A stretch of DNA of 64,000 nt, from assembly GCA_964522405.1 (NCBI GenBank), contig CAZFTR010000005.1:7747-71746 (forward strand). Direction: 5' to 3'. How positions within the stretch are numbered: position 1 is the stretch's first letter; the number at the start of each line of letters is the position of its first letter. The DNA comes from an uncultured Gammaproteobacteria bacterium (lineage in GTDB: Bacteria; Patescibacteriota; Patescibacteriia; Magasanikbacterales; UBA922). Below, in pieces: positions 48,262 through 56,977 of the stretch. Position numbers and translations under genes: made by a program. Below the pieces are notes generated by a model. It made no database searches, was not told where the DNA came from, and was given only the letters and a program-made list of their open reading frames with translations.

Positions 48262-48596
48262 AGCCATACAAAAAAACAACCCTCAGACAAAAACGTCAAA
48301 AGCTCCATAGATTGATCTTAAGCGCTTCGTTTAGAGCTGGATTAGTGGTATTTATTTTGGTGTTTGGTTTTTTATTTATTTGGCAAACAAATTCAGTCTC
48401 AACCAAGGGATATTCAATGAGTGATTTAGAGGGTCAAGTAAAAGTTCTTGAGCAGGAAAATCGAAAATTGGAAGTAAAAATAGCAGAAAATACCTCAATG
48501 CAAAATATACAAAATAGAATAACTAATAGTGGTTTGGTTGTTGTAGATAAAATTGAGTATATGAGTATGGTTGGTAGTGTGGTGGTACAGAGATAG
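48258..48596 (+). CDS. ftsL: FtsL-like bitopic coiled-coil protein
   Basis: TM followed by coiled coil, syntenic position after rsmH. Confidence 0.6.
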   Translation: MKPYKKTTLRQKRQKLHRLILSASFRAGLVVFILVFGFLFIWQTNSVSTKGYSMSDLEGQVKVLEQENRKLEVKIAENTSMQNIQNRITNSGLVVVDKIEYMSMVGSVVVQR

Positions 48597-48742
48597 GTAA
48601 TTATTTAGAATTGTTTACAGTTCAGCTTAGAAATGTAAACAAAACTGCGATAATTATTTAGTGCTGGCATTGTTAGTCGCAATTGCTGGTGCATCATCGC
48701 GCTATACTGTGTGGAACCTCCGAAAGGGGGTTCTTATTTTGT

Positions 48743-48818
48743 TAGTTAACAGTTTGAAGTTGGCAGTTTATAGTTAAGAATATTTCTACCAACTATTAAC
48801 TGTAAACTATTAACTATT
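48743..48818. repeat. Heptamer-repeat palindrome
   Basis: tagttaacagtttgaagttggcagtt ... aactattaactgtaaactattaacta. Confidence 0.7.
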
Positions 48819-48857
48819 TATTGTTTGCGATTCGTTATTATGTTAAAATATCTACAT

Positions 48858-49211
48858 ATGTGGATTATTGTTTTACAACGTATTTCAATTGAATTTTTTT
48901 GGCACTTAATTTATTTTCCAATTTGGTGGTATAGTGTTGGGCTCAAAAAATCTTTTGCTTTTGCATTGGACTGGTTTAAGATGGGTAATACTTATCTGGC
49001 TCCAGGACTTTGGCTTAAGAATATTTTTGTTCCCATGTATGGACAAAGAGATTTTCAGGGTAGGCTAACTAGTTTTTTCATTCGTTTTGTAAATGTGATT
49101 ATTCGAGGTCTTGGGCTTCTTTTTTGGTTAGTATTAAGCATATTAGTATTTATGGTTTGGCCTGCTTTGCCAGTTGTTTTCTTTTATATGTTTTTTATCT
49201 CCTTGTTTTAG
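48858..49211 (+). CDS. Small membrane protein (start uncertain)
   Basis: YFPIWWY, WLKNIFVPMYGQ; ends just before the Clp gene. Confidence 0.7.
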   Translation: MWIIVLQRISIEFFWHLIYFPIWWYSVGLKKSFAFALDWFKMGNTYLAPGLWLKNIFVPMYGQRDFQGRLTSFFIRFVNVIIRGLGLLFWLVLSILVFMVWPALPVVFFYMFFISLF

Positions 49212-49217
49212 TTGATT

Positions 49218-51968
49218 ATGTTGTTTGAAAAAAACCAAAAACTTAAACTCACAAATACAGATCTGGTCAAAAGAAATGGTCTTTTGGGGAGAATTTCCAA
49301 AAAGATTCCCGGAGTTAGAGAGGTTGGGCTTTGGCATGAGGGATCTTTTTTGCATTATGCTCATCCACTTAGTTCTTATTATATTAGACTCAAAAAAGCA
49401 AGAAAGTTTTTACGAGTATTTGAGAAGATTGGAGCACTTGTTTTTGCCATTGGTTTTATTGCTTTGTTTTTTTGGACAATTTCAAATAAAAACTTGATTG
49501 CTGACTTGGCCAGTTTTGAGTTTTGGTTTGATTTAAATGTGCCTGAGAGATCATTGTTTTGGTTGGGATTAATTGCATTTTGTTATTTTATTTATCGATC
49601 TCTTGATACAAAAATTAAAATCAAGGATATTAGTTTTGTTGATGATCTTAAAAAAAATAAAAATCAGCAGGAAATGATTGGGCTGGATGAAAATTCCATG
49701 GAAATGAAAAAAATGCAGAAAAAATATGCTTTTGATATTAGCGAGGTTTTTACTTTGAATGCAACAGATGCTTTAGAAATGGCTTTTTCTATTGCAGAAA
49801 AAAACAATCATCCTGGTATAAATTCTGTACATATTTTTAGAGCACTTTTGGATCTTCCTAATATTCGGGGTATTTTTCTCAGACTGGCTTTGCCTGTAAA
49901 TTCTATCAAAAAAATGCTAGATAAAGTTATTTCTGAAATAAAAGAAAAAGGTTCTACAACTCTTTCGGAAGATGCTTATCAAATTATATTTCATTCTTAT
50001 CTACTAGCAAAACAATACAGAGATCATCATGTTCGGGAAACTGAAATATTGATTGCCACTGTGGGTCAGTCAGAATTTTTGCAGGAATTATTATATGATT
50101 TGGAAATTGATCAACAAAAATTAGTAAATGTTGTCGAATGGGTTAGAGTCAGAGAGCATCTACGTGAACAATATCAAAAGTTTAGAAAAGGTGCTGCCCA
50201 ATTTAGTAAATATGGGATGGATAGAGCAATGACGGCTGTTGCCACTCCTTTTTTGAATAGTATAAGCCAGGATATTACTATTGCTGCCAAGTATGGACAG
50301 CTTTCTGTCTGTGTAGCAAGAGAAAAGGAAATTGATGAAATTTATAGAATCATCAAAGCTGGGAGACAAAGTGTTATTTTGGTTGGTGAGCAAGGTGTGG
50401 GTCGTATGGCAATTATCGAAGGTATTGCTCAGAGAATGCTTTCAGGAGATGTGCCAGATAGATTAAAAGATAAAAGGTTAGTTCAGATTTCAACCTCTGC
50501 ACTTGTGGCTGGAACTACTGTGGCAGGAGCACAGGAGAGAGTGATTAGACTGATGAATGAAGTTTCCAAAGCTAAGAATATAATTTTATTTATTAATAAT
50601 CTTCATGATCTAACCGGCATGACAGATTCTGCAGGTGAGGGATTAGACATTACTGAGACATTGGCAGAGTATTTAGGTCCGGGAAGATTTTTAACTTTAG
50701 CAACAACAACCAATGAAGGGTATAATCGATATATTGTTAATTCATCTGCTGGAAAAGTATTTACAAAAGTAGAAATAGGTGAGATGGATACCAATCAAGC
50801 CATACAAGTGCTTGAATCAAAAGTTGGCGGTCTTGAGCACAAGCACCATGTCTTCTTTTCTTATGCTTCTATTGAACAATGTGTAGAGTTGGCCAAAAAA
50901 TTCTTTCATGATCAAAATTTACCCGAAAGCGCCTTGTCACTTATGAGTGAGGTTGCCAGTTTTGTGCAGAGTTCAAAAGGTGAAAATCAGCTTGTCACTG
51001 CTCAAGATGTTGGGAGTATAGTTGCAGCCAAGACAGGTGTGCCTGCTACTAGTATTACTGAAGATGAATCATCTAAGTTGCTTCGTCTTGAAGATGAAAT
51101 GCATAAGCGAGTTATTGGGCAAGATGAAGCCGTTATCTCAGTTGCCAATGCGCTTCGTAGAGCCCGTGCTGAAGTTCGTTCTCAGAAAAGACCAATTGCT
51201 AATTTCTTATTCCTGGGTCCAACCGGTGTTGGAAAAACTGAACTAGCCAAGACAATTGCTGATGTTTATTTTGGTGGAGAGAACAGAATGATTCGAATTG
51301 ATATGAGTGAATACCAGGATAAATCTTCAATTTACCGCTTAATTGGACAACCAGGGCAACAGGGTACTGGTCTTCTAACAGAAGCAGTAAGACAAAATCC
51401 ATTTTCACTTTTACTTTTAGATGAGCTTGAAAAAGCTGATCCAAATATTTTAAATCTATTTTTGCAAGTATTTGATGATGGAAGACTTACTGATAGTGTG
51501 GGAAGAGTAATTGATTTTACCAATACAATTATAATAGCAACATCAAATGCTGGAACCAGTTATGTGCAAAAGCGCATAGAAGAGGGCGTAGAAATGAAAG
51601 ACATACGAGAAGAAATGATTAGGGGAGAGCTGAAACAGTATTATCGACCGGAATTTTTAAATCGTTTTGATGGGGTTATATTGTTTAAATCTCTAAATAG
51701 AGATGAAATAAAATTGATTGCCGGGCTCATGCTCAAGAGAGTTGGGCGCGATTTAGAAATTAGGGGAGTTGGGCTAAAAGTCGAAGACGCTGCGCTTGAA
51801 TCATTGGCAGAAGCTGGATATGATCCGGAATTCGGTGCCAGACCTATGAGACGAGCAATTCAGGATTTAGTTGAAAATCGTTTAGCAGAATTGATTTTGG
51901 AGAAAAAATTAAATAGAAGGGACGTGGTAGTTTTGGGAAAAGGCGTACAAATAAGTATTGAAAGATAA
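49218..51968 (+). CDS. ClpA/B/C-family AAA+ ATPase with N-terminal TMs and degenerate first ATPase module
   Basis: D2 GPTGVGKT/LLLLDELEKA/FGARPMRR intact; D1 GEQGVGRM and LFINNLH. Confidence 0.9.
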   Translation: MLFEKNQKLKLTNTDLVKRNGLLGRISKKIPGVREVGLWHEGSFLHYAHPLSSYYIRLKKARKFLRVFEKIGALVFAIGFIALFFWTISNKNLIADLASFEFWFDLNVPERSLFWLGLIAFCYFIYRSLDTKIKIKDISFVDDLKKNKNQQEMIGLDENSMEMKKMQKKYAFDISEVFTLNATDALEMAFSIAEKNNHPGINSVHIFRALLDLPNIRGIFLRLALPVNSIKKMLDKVISEIKEKGSTTLSEDAYQIIFHSYLLAKQYRDHHVRETEILIATVGQSEFLQELLYDLEIDQQKLVNVVEWVRVREHLREQYQKFRKGAAQFSKYGMDRAMTAVATPFLNSISQDITIAAKYGQLSVCVAREKEIDEIYRIIKAGRQSVILVGEQGVGRMAIIEGIAQRMLSGDVPDRLKDKRLVQISTSALVAGTTVAGAQERVIRLMNEVSKAKNIILFINNLHDLTGMTDSAGEGLDITETLAEYLGPGRFLTLATTTNEGYNRYIVNSSAGKVFTKVEIGEMDTNQAIQVLESKVGGLEHKHHVFFSYASIEQCVELAKKFFHDQNLPESALSLMSEVASFVQSSKGENQLVTAQDVGSIVAAKTGVPATSITEDESSKLLRLEDEMHKRVIGQDEAVISVANALRRARAEVRSQKRPIANFLFLGPTGVGKTELAKTIADVYFGGENRMIRIDMSEYQDKSSIYRLIGQPGQQGTGLLTEAVRQNPFSLLLLDELEKADPNILNLFLQVFDDGRLTDSVGRVIDFTNTIIIATSNAGTSYVQKRIEEGVEMKDIREEMIRGELKQYYRPEFLNRFDGVILFKSLNRDEIKLIAGLMLKRVGRDLEIRGVGLKVEDAALESLAEAGYDPEFGARPMRRAIQDLVENRLAELILEKKLNRRDVVVLGKGVQISIER

Positions 51969-51989
51969 ACATATATAAAAACCTATTCT

Positions 51990-52073
51990 TTAATTGCAAG
52001 AATAGGTTTTTTTGCGGCCTGTCCGAGCGTGTGGAGCGCGGGCAGGCCTTGGGTCCCTCAGATGTGGATCCAT
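51990..52073 (-). CDS. Possible 27-aa basic peptide MDPHLRDPRPARAPHARTGRKKTYSCN
   Basis: Perfect AAGGAGG SD 5 nt before ATG; the stop falls inside the terminator, so coding is doubtful. Confidence 0.35.
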   Translation of the reverse strand: MDPHLRDPRPARAPHARTGRKKTYSCN

Positions 52074-52087
52074 GGTATCCTCCTTGG

Positions 52088-52198
52088 TTAGAACCGGTTG
52101 GGCTCGCCCTTGTTGGTCAGTAAGACCACCACGCAGAGGCCGGTGACGACCACGATCAGGCAGCCCGCGAAAGCAAATTGAGTTGCTTTTTTGAACAT
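52088..52198 (-). CDS. Leaderless 36-aa single-TM peptide MFKKATQFAFAGCLIVVVTGLCVVVLLTNKGEPNRF
   Basis: ATG begins 6 nt after the -10 of TTGACA(52228-33)-N17-TAGCAT(52205-10); GC3-rich codons in the TM part. Confidence 0.6.
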   Translation of the reverse strand: MFKKATQFAFAGCLIVVVTGLCVVVLLTNKGEPNRF

Positions 52199-52294
52199 AG
52201 CTTTATGCTAGTTGATTTGCCTTTGTTTGTCAATCATGATGTCAGTATGATATTCTTTAGTAAAAAGGAGTTTGATTTTTATGTGAAGTAAGTT

Positions 52295-53359
52295 ATGTAT
52301 TTTGGATATTTTGTATTAAGTCTATCCCTTTCAGTTTTGATTACACCTCTTGTGCATATGATTATGTACAAGCAGGGCATAGTTGATCATCCACGTTCAG
52401 AAAAAAGAAAAATTCATAAGAAAAAAATACCTCTTGGTGGTGGTTGGGCAATTTTTATAAGTTTCTTTGTGGTTGTAGCTTTACTCTTGTTTGGTTCAGC
52501 AAATCTTGGTATTGAGATTTTACCCAAACATATCTATGGGTTGTTTCTGGGCTCTCTTGTTTTGATGGTCGGAGGCTATTATGATGATAAATATTCTCTT
52601 TTGCCCAAAAAACAAATGTGGTTTCCGGTTATTGCCACCTTGCTTATAATTGCCTTTGGTATTGGTCCACATATGTTTAGTAATCCGGCTGGGGGGCTTA
52701 TTGATCTTTCCAAATGGACAATTACAATTGATGGCTTTGGAAATTGGGTTGTTCTGGCAGATGCATTGGTTTTTATCTGGCTTATGGGTATGATGTTTAC
52801 AACCAAATTTCTTGATGGGCTTGATGGTTTGGTTTCAGGTGTAGTCACAATTGGAGCCTTAGTTTTATTTTTCTTAACTCAGCAAGAGCAGTGGTTTCAG
52901 CCGGAAGTTTCCCTCTTGGCTATTGTTTTTGCCGGAGCTTGTGTGGGATTTTTGGTTTGGAACTGGCATCCGGCAAAAATATTTCTTGGAGAAGGCGGTA
53001 GTTTGTTTACAGGATTTGTACTGGGAACTTTGGCTATTATTTCCGGGGCAAAAATTGCTACAACTCTTCTGGTTATGGGTCTGCCGGCTCTTGATGTTTT
53101 GAGAGTTATTATTCGAAGAATACAAAAGAAAAAATCAATTTTTAAGGGAGACAATGAACATCTTCATTTTAAATTAGTTGCAAGAGGCATGAAACAGTGG
53201 CAAGCCGTACTCTTGATGTATGCAATTTCTTTTCTCTTTGGTCTGAGTGCCTTGTTTTTACAAACAACCCAGAAATTGACAGCGCTTTTGCTATTGTTTG
53301 TGCTTATGGTTTTAATTGGGATTTGGTTTGCAAAGCGGGAGAGAGTAAATAGTTTGTAG
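52295..53359 (+). CDS. MraY/WecA (glycosyl transferase family 4) polyprenyl-phosphate HexNAc-1-P transferase
   Basis: RKIH..IPLGGG, GGYYDD, FLDGLDGL, NWHPAKIFLG, DNEHLH. Confidence 0.92.
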   Translation: MYFGYFVLSLSLSVLITPLVHMIMYKQGIVDHPRSEKRKIHKKKIPLGGGWAIFISFFVVVALLLFGSANLGIEILPKHIYGLFLGSLVLMVGGYYDDKYSLLPKKQMWFPVIATLLIIAFGIGPHMFSNPAGGLIDLSKWTITIDGFGNWVVLADALVFIWLMGMMFTTKFLDGLDGLVSGVVTIGALVLFFLTQQEQWFQPEVSLLAIVFAGACVGFLVWNWHPAKIFLGEGGSLFTGFVLGTLAIISGAKIATTLLVMGLPALDVLRVIIRRIQKKKSIFKGDNEHLHFKLVARGMKQWQAVLLMYAISFLFGLSALFLQTTQKLTALLLLFVLMVLIGIWFAKRERVNSL

Positions 53360-53419
53360 TTAACAGTTATAACTATTTTTGTTAAACTACTAACTGTTAT
53401 CTGTAAACTGTAAACTAAT
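53348..53419. repeat. Heptamer-repeat palindrome
   Basis: tagtttgtagttaacagtt ... aactactaactgttatctgtaaactgtaaact. Confidence 0.7.
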
Positions 53420-53424
53420 AAAGT

Positions 53425-53910
53425 ATGTTTGGTTTCAAGAAAAAAAGAGAAGATGCAAAACTTTCCAAAAGTATGAAAGTGGTTTTCTTGGTATTTATAA
53501 TCTCTGCTGGTTTTTTGCAATTGTGGAAATTTCATATGGCTGACGAGATTGTAGAGTTGAAAGGTCAGCATCTCAATGTTTTGGTGGCCAAGACGATTTA
53601 TCATCAGTACAAGGGTCTTGGCAAAAGAGATTCTATAGAGCCTTATGATGGTATGATTTTCCCTTTTGCTTTTGAAGATCGGCATGGAATTGTCATGAGG
53701 GATATGAGATTTCCTATAGACATTATTTGGATAAATGGAGCTCAGGTTGTGGATTTCGCCAGAAATGTACCAACTGAGCCTGGTACTTCTGAAAATGCCT
53801 TAGTTAAGTATTACCCTAGGACCAATGCCAATATTGTCCTTGAACTACCTGCTGGTTGGATTGATGAGAATGACCTAAAAATAGGTGATCGAATCAGGTT
53901 AGTTAACTAG
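53425..53910 (+). CDS. DUF192 family protein
   Basis: GL..R, GMIFPF, MRDMRFPIDIIW, VLELPAG. Confidence 0.88.
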   Translation: MFGFKKKREDAKLSKSMKVVFLVFIISAGFLQLWKFHMADEIVELKGQHLNVLVAKTIYHQYKGLGKRDSIEPYDGMIFPFAFEDRHGIVMRDMRFPIDIIWINGAQVVDFARNVPTEPGTSENALVKYYPRTNANIVLELPAGWIDENDLKIGDRIRLVN

Positions 53911-53988
53911 CCCTTGACTATTTTTCCGTTTTTTAGTATAATTTTAGCGTTTCCCAAAAACACTATTTATATTATTTATAATCAAATT

Positions 53989-54303
53989 ATGTTCGCAGTA
54001 ATAGAAACAGGTGGAAAACAGTACCTTATTAAGACTGGCGACACTCTAAAAATCGAAAAACTTGATGTTGAGGCAGGAAAGGAAGTAGTTTTTGACAAAG
54101 TGCTTCTACTTGCCAAAGAAGATGGTAGTGATGTACAACTTGGAAGTCCGTATTTGGATGGAGTAAGCATTGCCGCCAATGTAGAAGAACAAGGCAGATC
54201 TCGCAAAGTAAGAGTTGTTAAGTTCAAAAGAAAAGTTAGATACAAAAGAGTTCGCGGTCATAGACAGCATTTCACAAAAGTAAAAGTAAAAGCTGTAAAA
54301 TAA
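53989..54303 (+). CDS. rplU: 50S ribosomal protein L21
   Basis: MFAVIETGGKQY, GHRQHFT. Confidence 0.97.
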   Translation: MFAVIETGGKQYLIKTGDTLKIEKLDVEAGKEVVFDKVLLLAKEDGSDVQLGSPYLDGVSIAANVEEQGRSRKVRVVKFKRKVRYKRVRGHRQHFTKVKVKAVK

Positions 54304-54378
54304 GATTTTAAAAAACCGGCTCACACCGGTTTTTTGGTAGACGATTACAGATTTACTGATAATGGGAATCATTGATGT

Positions 54379-54435
54379 GTTGATGAAACTGGCTAAGGGG
54401 TATTCGGATTTACGGATGATCCTGATAATACGGAT
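54379..54435. repeat. Solo copy of the 40-bp CGGATAATC repeat with extended homology to 28727-28746
   Basis: gttgatgaaactggct-aa-ggggtattcggatttacggatgatcctgataatacggat. Confidence 0.8.
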
Positions 54436-54508
54436 CGAGCGACGCGTTGATCAAGTCATGTTTATAGTTTTTTGGCTTTTCTGGCATTTAAGCTTATTCA
54501 GATTTTCT

Positions 54509-55108
54509 CTATCCCCCCGTCCTATTCTTCAATGCACTACTAAGCGTAATCTCATCAGCATATTGAATATCACTACCCATAGGTAGGCCTCTTGCTAAAC
54601 GGGTAACTTTTAAATCTGGATAAACTTCTTTTAATTTTTTTTCTACAAACATCATGGTTGTTTCTCCTTGAATGTCTGGGTTTAAGGCCAGAATAATTTC
54701 CTGAGCATTTTGATTTTTAATTCTTTTAAAAAGTTCTTTGGTTTTAGTTTTGGAAGCTATTGCTTGGGTGTCAATATTCAAAGTTCCGCGAAGAATATGA
54801 TAAACTCCTGAATAAGTTCCAGTTTTCTCAATTGTTCTCATATCTTGATGCTCAGCAACCACACATATGGTTGTTTTATCTCTTTTGGGGTCAGAACAGG
54901 TTTTACAGGGGGTAATATCAGAGAAATCCCAACATTCTTCACAGCTTTTAATATTCTCCATTAGGTTCTTAAGAGCTATCGATAGTTCGGCCACATTTTT
55001 TTTTCCGGATTTTAGCAAATAAAAAACAAAGCGTTCAGCAGTTCTGCGGCCCACGCTTGGCAGTTTTGTGAACGCTTTGATTAATTGTTCGATTGGGATT
55101 GGGTACAT
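54509..55108 (-). CDS. recR: Recombination mediator RecR
   Basis: LPSVGRRTAER, C4 zinc finger, Toprim, ARGLPMGSDIQYAD. Confidence 0.96.
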   Translation of the reverse strand: MYPIPIEQLIKAFTKLPSVGRRTAERFVFYLLKSGKKNVAELSIALKNLMENIKSCEECWDFSDITPCKTCSDPKRDKTTICVVAEHQDMRTIEKTGTYSGVYHILRGTLNIDTQAIASKTKTKELFKRIKNQNAQEIILALNPDIQGETTMMFVEKKLKEVYPDLKVTRLARGLPMGSDIQYADEITLSSALKNRTGG

Positions 55109-55121
55109 ACCCGTTTAGTTT

Positions 55122-55436
55122 TTATTGCCCCGCTCCAGATCCTCCAAAAATATCCGGCAAACCACCCATTTCCTTCATCTTCATAGCCATTACTCTTTGG
55201 ATTTTTTTGAGAGCATCTTTGTGAGCATCTTTTAGAGCTTCTATAAGTTTATTTTTCTTGTCTGGTGACATAAGCTCATCATCAATAGCAAGACCGGTAA
55301 GAGTCATGTTTCCATCCATAGTAAGAACTACCTTGTCTCCGGCTGCTTTTACAGTTACAGATTCTTCTGACAAAACATTTTGCATTTGTTTTGCCTGACC
55401 TCTCATGTCTTTGAATTGTTTTAATTTATTGAACAT
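55122..55436 (-). CDS. YbaB/EbfC nucleoid-associated protein
   Basis: QAKQMQ, V...GNM pattern and position upstream of recR. Confidence 0.85.
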   Translation of the reverse strand: MFNKLKQFKDMRGQAKQMQNVLSEESVTVKAAGDKVVLTMDGNMTLTGLAIDDELMSPDKKNKLIEALKDAHKDALKKIQRVMAMKMKEMGGLPDIFGGSGAGQ

Positions 55437-55472
55437 AGATTTGATTTAGATAAATAATAATTAAATTTTAGA

Positions 55473-56894
55473 TTAATTTGAAGCTCCGGGGTTTGGTGGT
55501 GGACCACTTGATTGTTCATCGTATTGAGTTTCAAGATCTTTGAAACTGGCTCTTGTAGCATCAAAAAATAATTTTGCTACGCCAGTTGGTCCGTTACGAT
55601 GTTTGGCAATGTGAATTTCTGCTATGTTTCTTTCATCAGGTGGTATGTCTTCAAGTCGATAATTTCTATCAGCTGCTTTTCTATAAATAAACATAACAAC
55701 ATCAGCATCTTGTTCAATACTACCAGATTCTCGCAAATGAGACAATTTCGGGATAGCTGGTTTGGTTTGTTCTACTGCACGAGATAACTGTGAAAGCGCC
55801 AGAACAGGAACGCCTAATTCACGAGCAATACCTTTTAAATTACGACTCATTTCAGCAACTTCTTGGACACGATTATCAGTTGCCCTGGTTCGATGTGATT
55901 CCATAAGTTGCATATAATCAATTACAATCAAACCTAGGCCATGTTCAGCTTGTAGCCTTCTTGCTTTGGTTCTGATTTGCATAACATTGTTTCCTGGAAA
56001 ATCATCAATAAAAATTTGCGCTTCTGACAATATGCCCATGGCATGCCCAATGCGCGGAAAATCCTGGCTATCTGGGCTGTCAGACAAGTTACCTGTTCTC
56101 ATTTTCCAAAGATCAACTCCTGCTTCTGCACAAAGTAGTCTATCAACCAGCTGTTCCTTGCTCATCTCCAGAGAGAAAAAACCAACTGGCACTTTGGAAC
56201 GAACTGCCACATTTCTAACTATATCAAGTGCAAAAGATGTTTTTCCTACAGAAGGACGGGCAGCAAGTATAATCAGGTCTGATTTTTGTAGTCCTGCCAG
56301 GAGATTATCCATTTTTTTGAATCCTGTTGGTATTCCGCGTAGTTTTCCTCGTTCCTTGTGTAATTCATCGATTCTTTCAAAGGCATCACTAAGCACTCCT
56401 CTAATTGGTGTAAAATTCTGTTTAAGATGTTTTTGAGTTACTCCGTATAAGTGTTTTTGCGCTTCGTCGAGAAGTTGATCTATATCATCTTCCTCTTCTT
56501 TGTATCCAAGTTGAGTAATTTCATGTGCTGATTTGAGTAGTTTTCTGAGAGTTGATTTTCTTCTAATTATTTCTGCGTAATGTTTGATATGAGAGGCAGT
56601 TGGAACACTGTTGGATAGTTTTACCAGGTATGCTCGTCCACCAATGGTTTCTAATACTTGTTTTTCCTCTAATCGATTTCCAAGAGTGAGTAGATCAATA
56701 GGTTCATTTTTGGCGTATAGCTCCTGCATTGTTTCAAATACTGCAGAATGACTCTTTTTGTAAAAATCATCTGACTCAATCACGTCAGCAATTTTTAACA
56801 TGGCATCTTTGTCTAGCAAAATAGAACCTAAGAGCGACATCTCTGCTTCCAGGTTTTGCGGAGGTATTTTTTCTATTTGAGTGATATCTGACAT
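55473..56894 (-). CDS. dnaB: Replicative DNA helicase
   Basis: AARPSVGKT, FSLEMS, IDYMQL, SQLSR, LRESGSIEQDAD, KHRNGP. Confidence 0.98.
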   Translation of the reverse strand: MSDITQIEKIPPQNLEAEMSLLGSILLDKDAMLKIADVIESDDFYKKSHSAVFETMQELYAKNEPIDLLTLGNRLEEKQVLETIGGRAYLVKLSNSVPTASHIKHYAEIIRRKSTLRKLLKSAHEITQLGYKEEEDDIDQLLDEAQKHLYGVTQKHLKQNFTPIRGVLSDAFERIDELHKERGKLRGIPTGFKKMDNLLAGLQKSDLIILAARPSVGKTSFALDIVRNVAVRSKVPVGFFSLEMSKEQLVDRLLCAEAGVDLWKMRTGNLSDSPDSQDFPRIGHAMGILSEAQIFIDDFPGNNVMQIRTKARRLQAEHGLGLIVIDYMQLMESHRTRATDNRVQEVAEMSRNLKGIARELGVPVLALSQLSRAVEQTKPAIPKLSHLRESGSIEQDADVVMFIYRKAADRNYRLEDIPPDERNIAEIHIAKHRNGPTGVAKLFFDATRASFKDLETQYDEQSSGPPPNPGASN

Positions 56895-56977
56895 AAGATC
56901 TTGTGGACTTATAGTATCCTATTTTGATTTTTGATACAAATGGCTTTTGTGAGCTAATTGTGGAGATATTGGGGATT

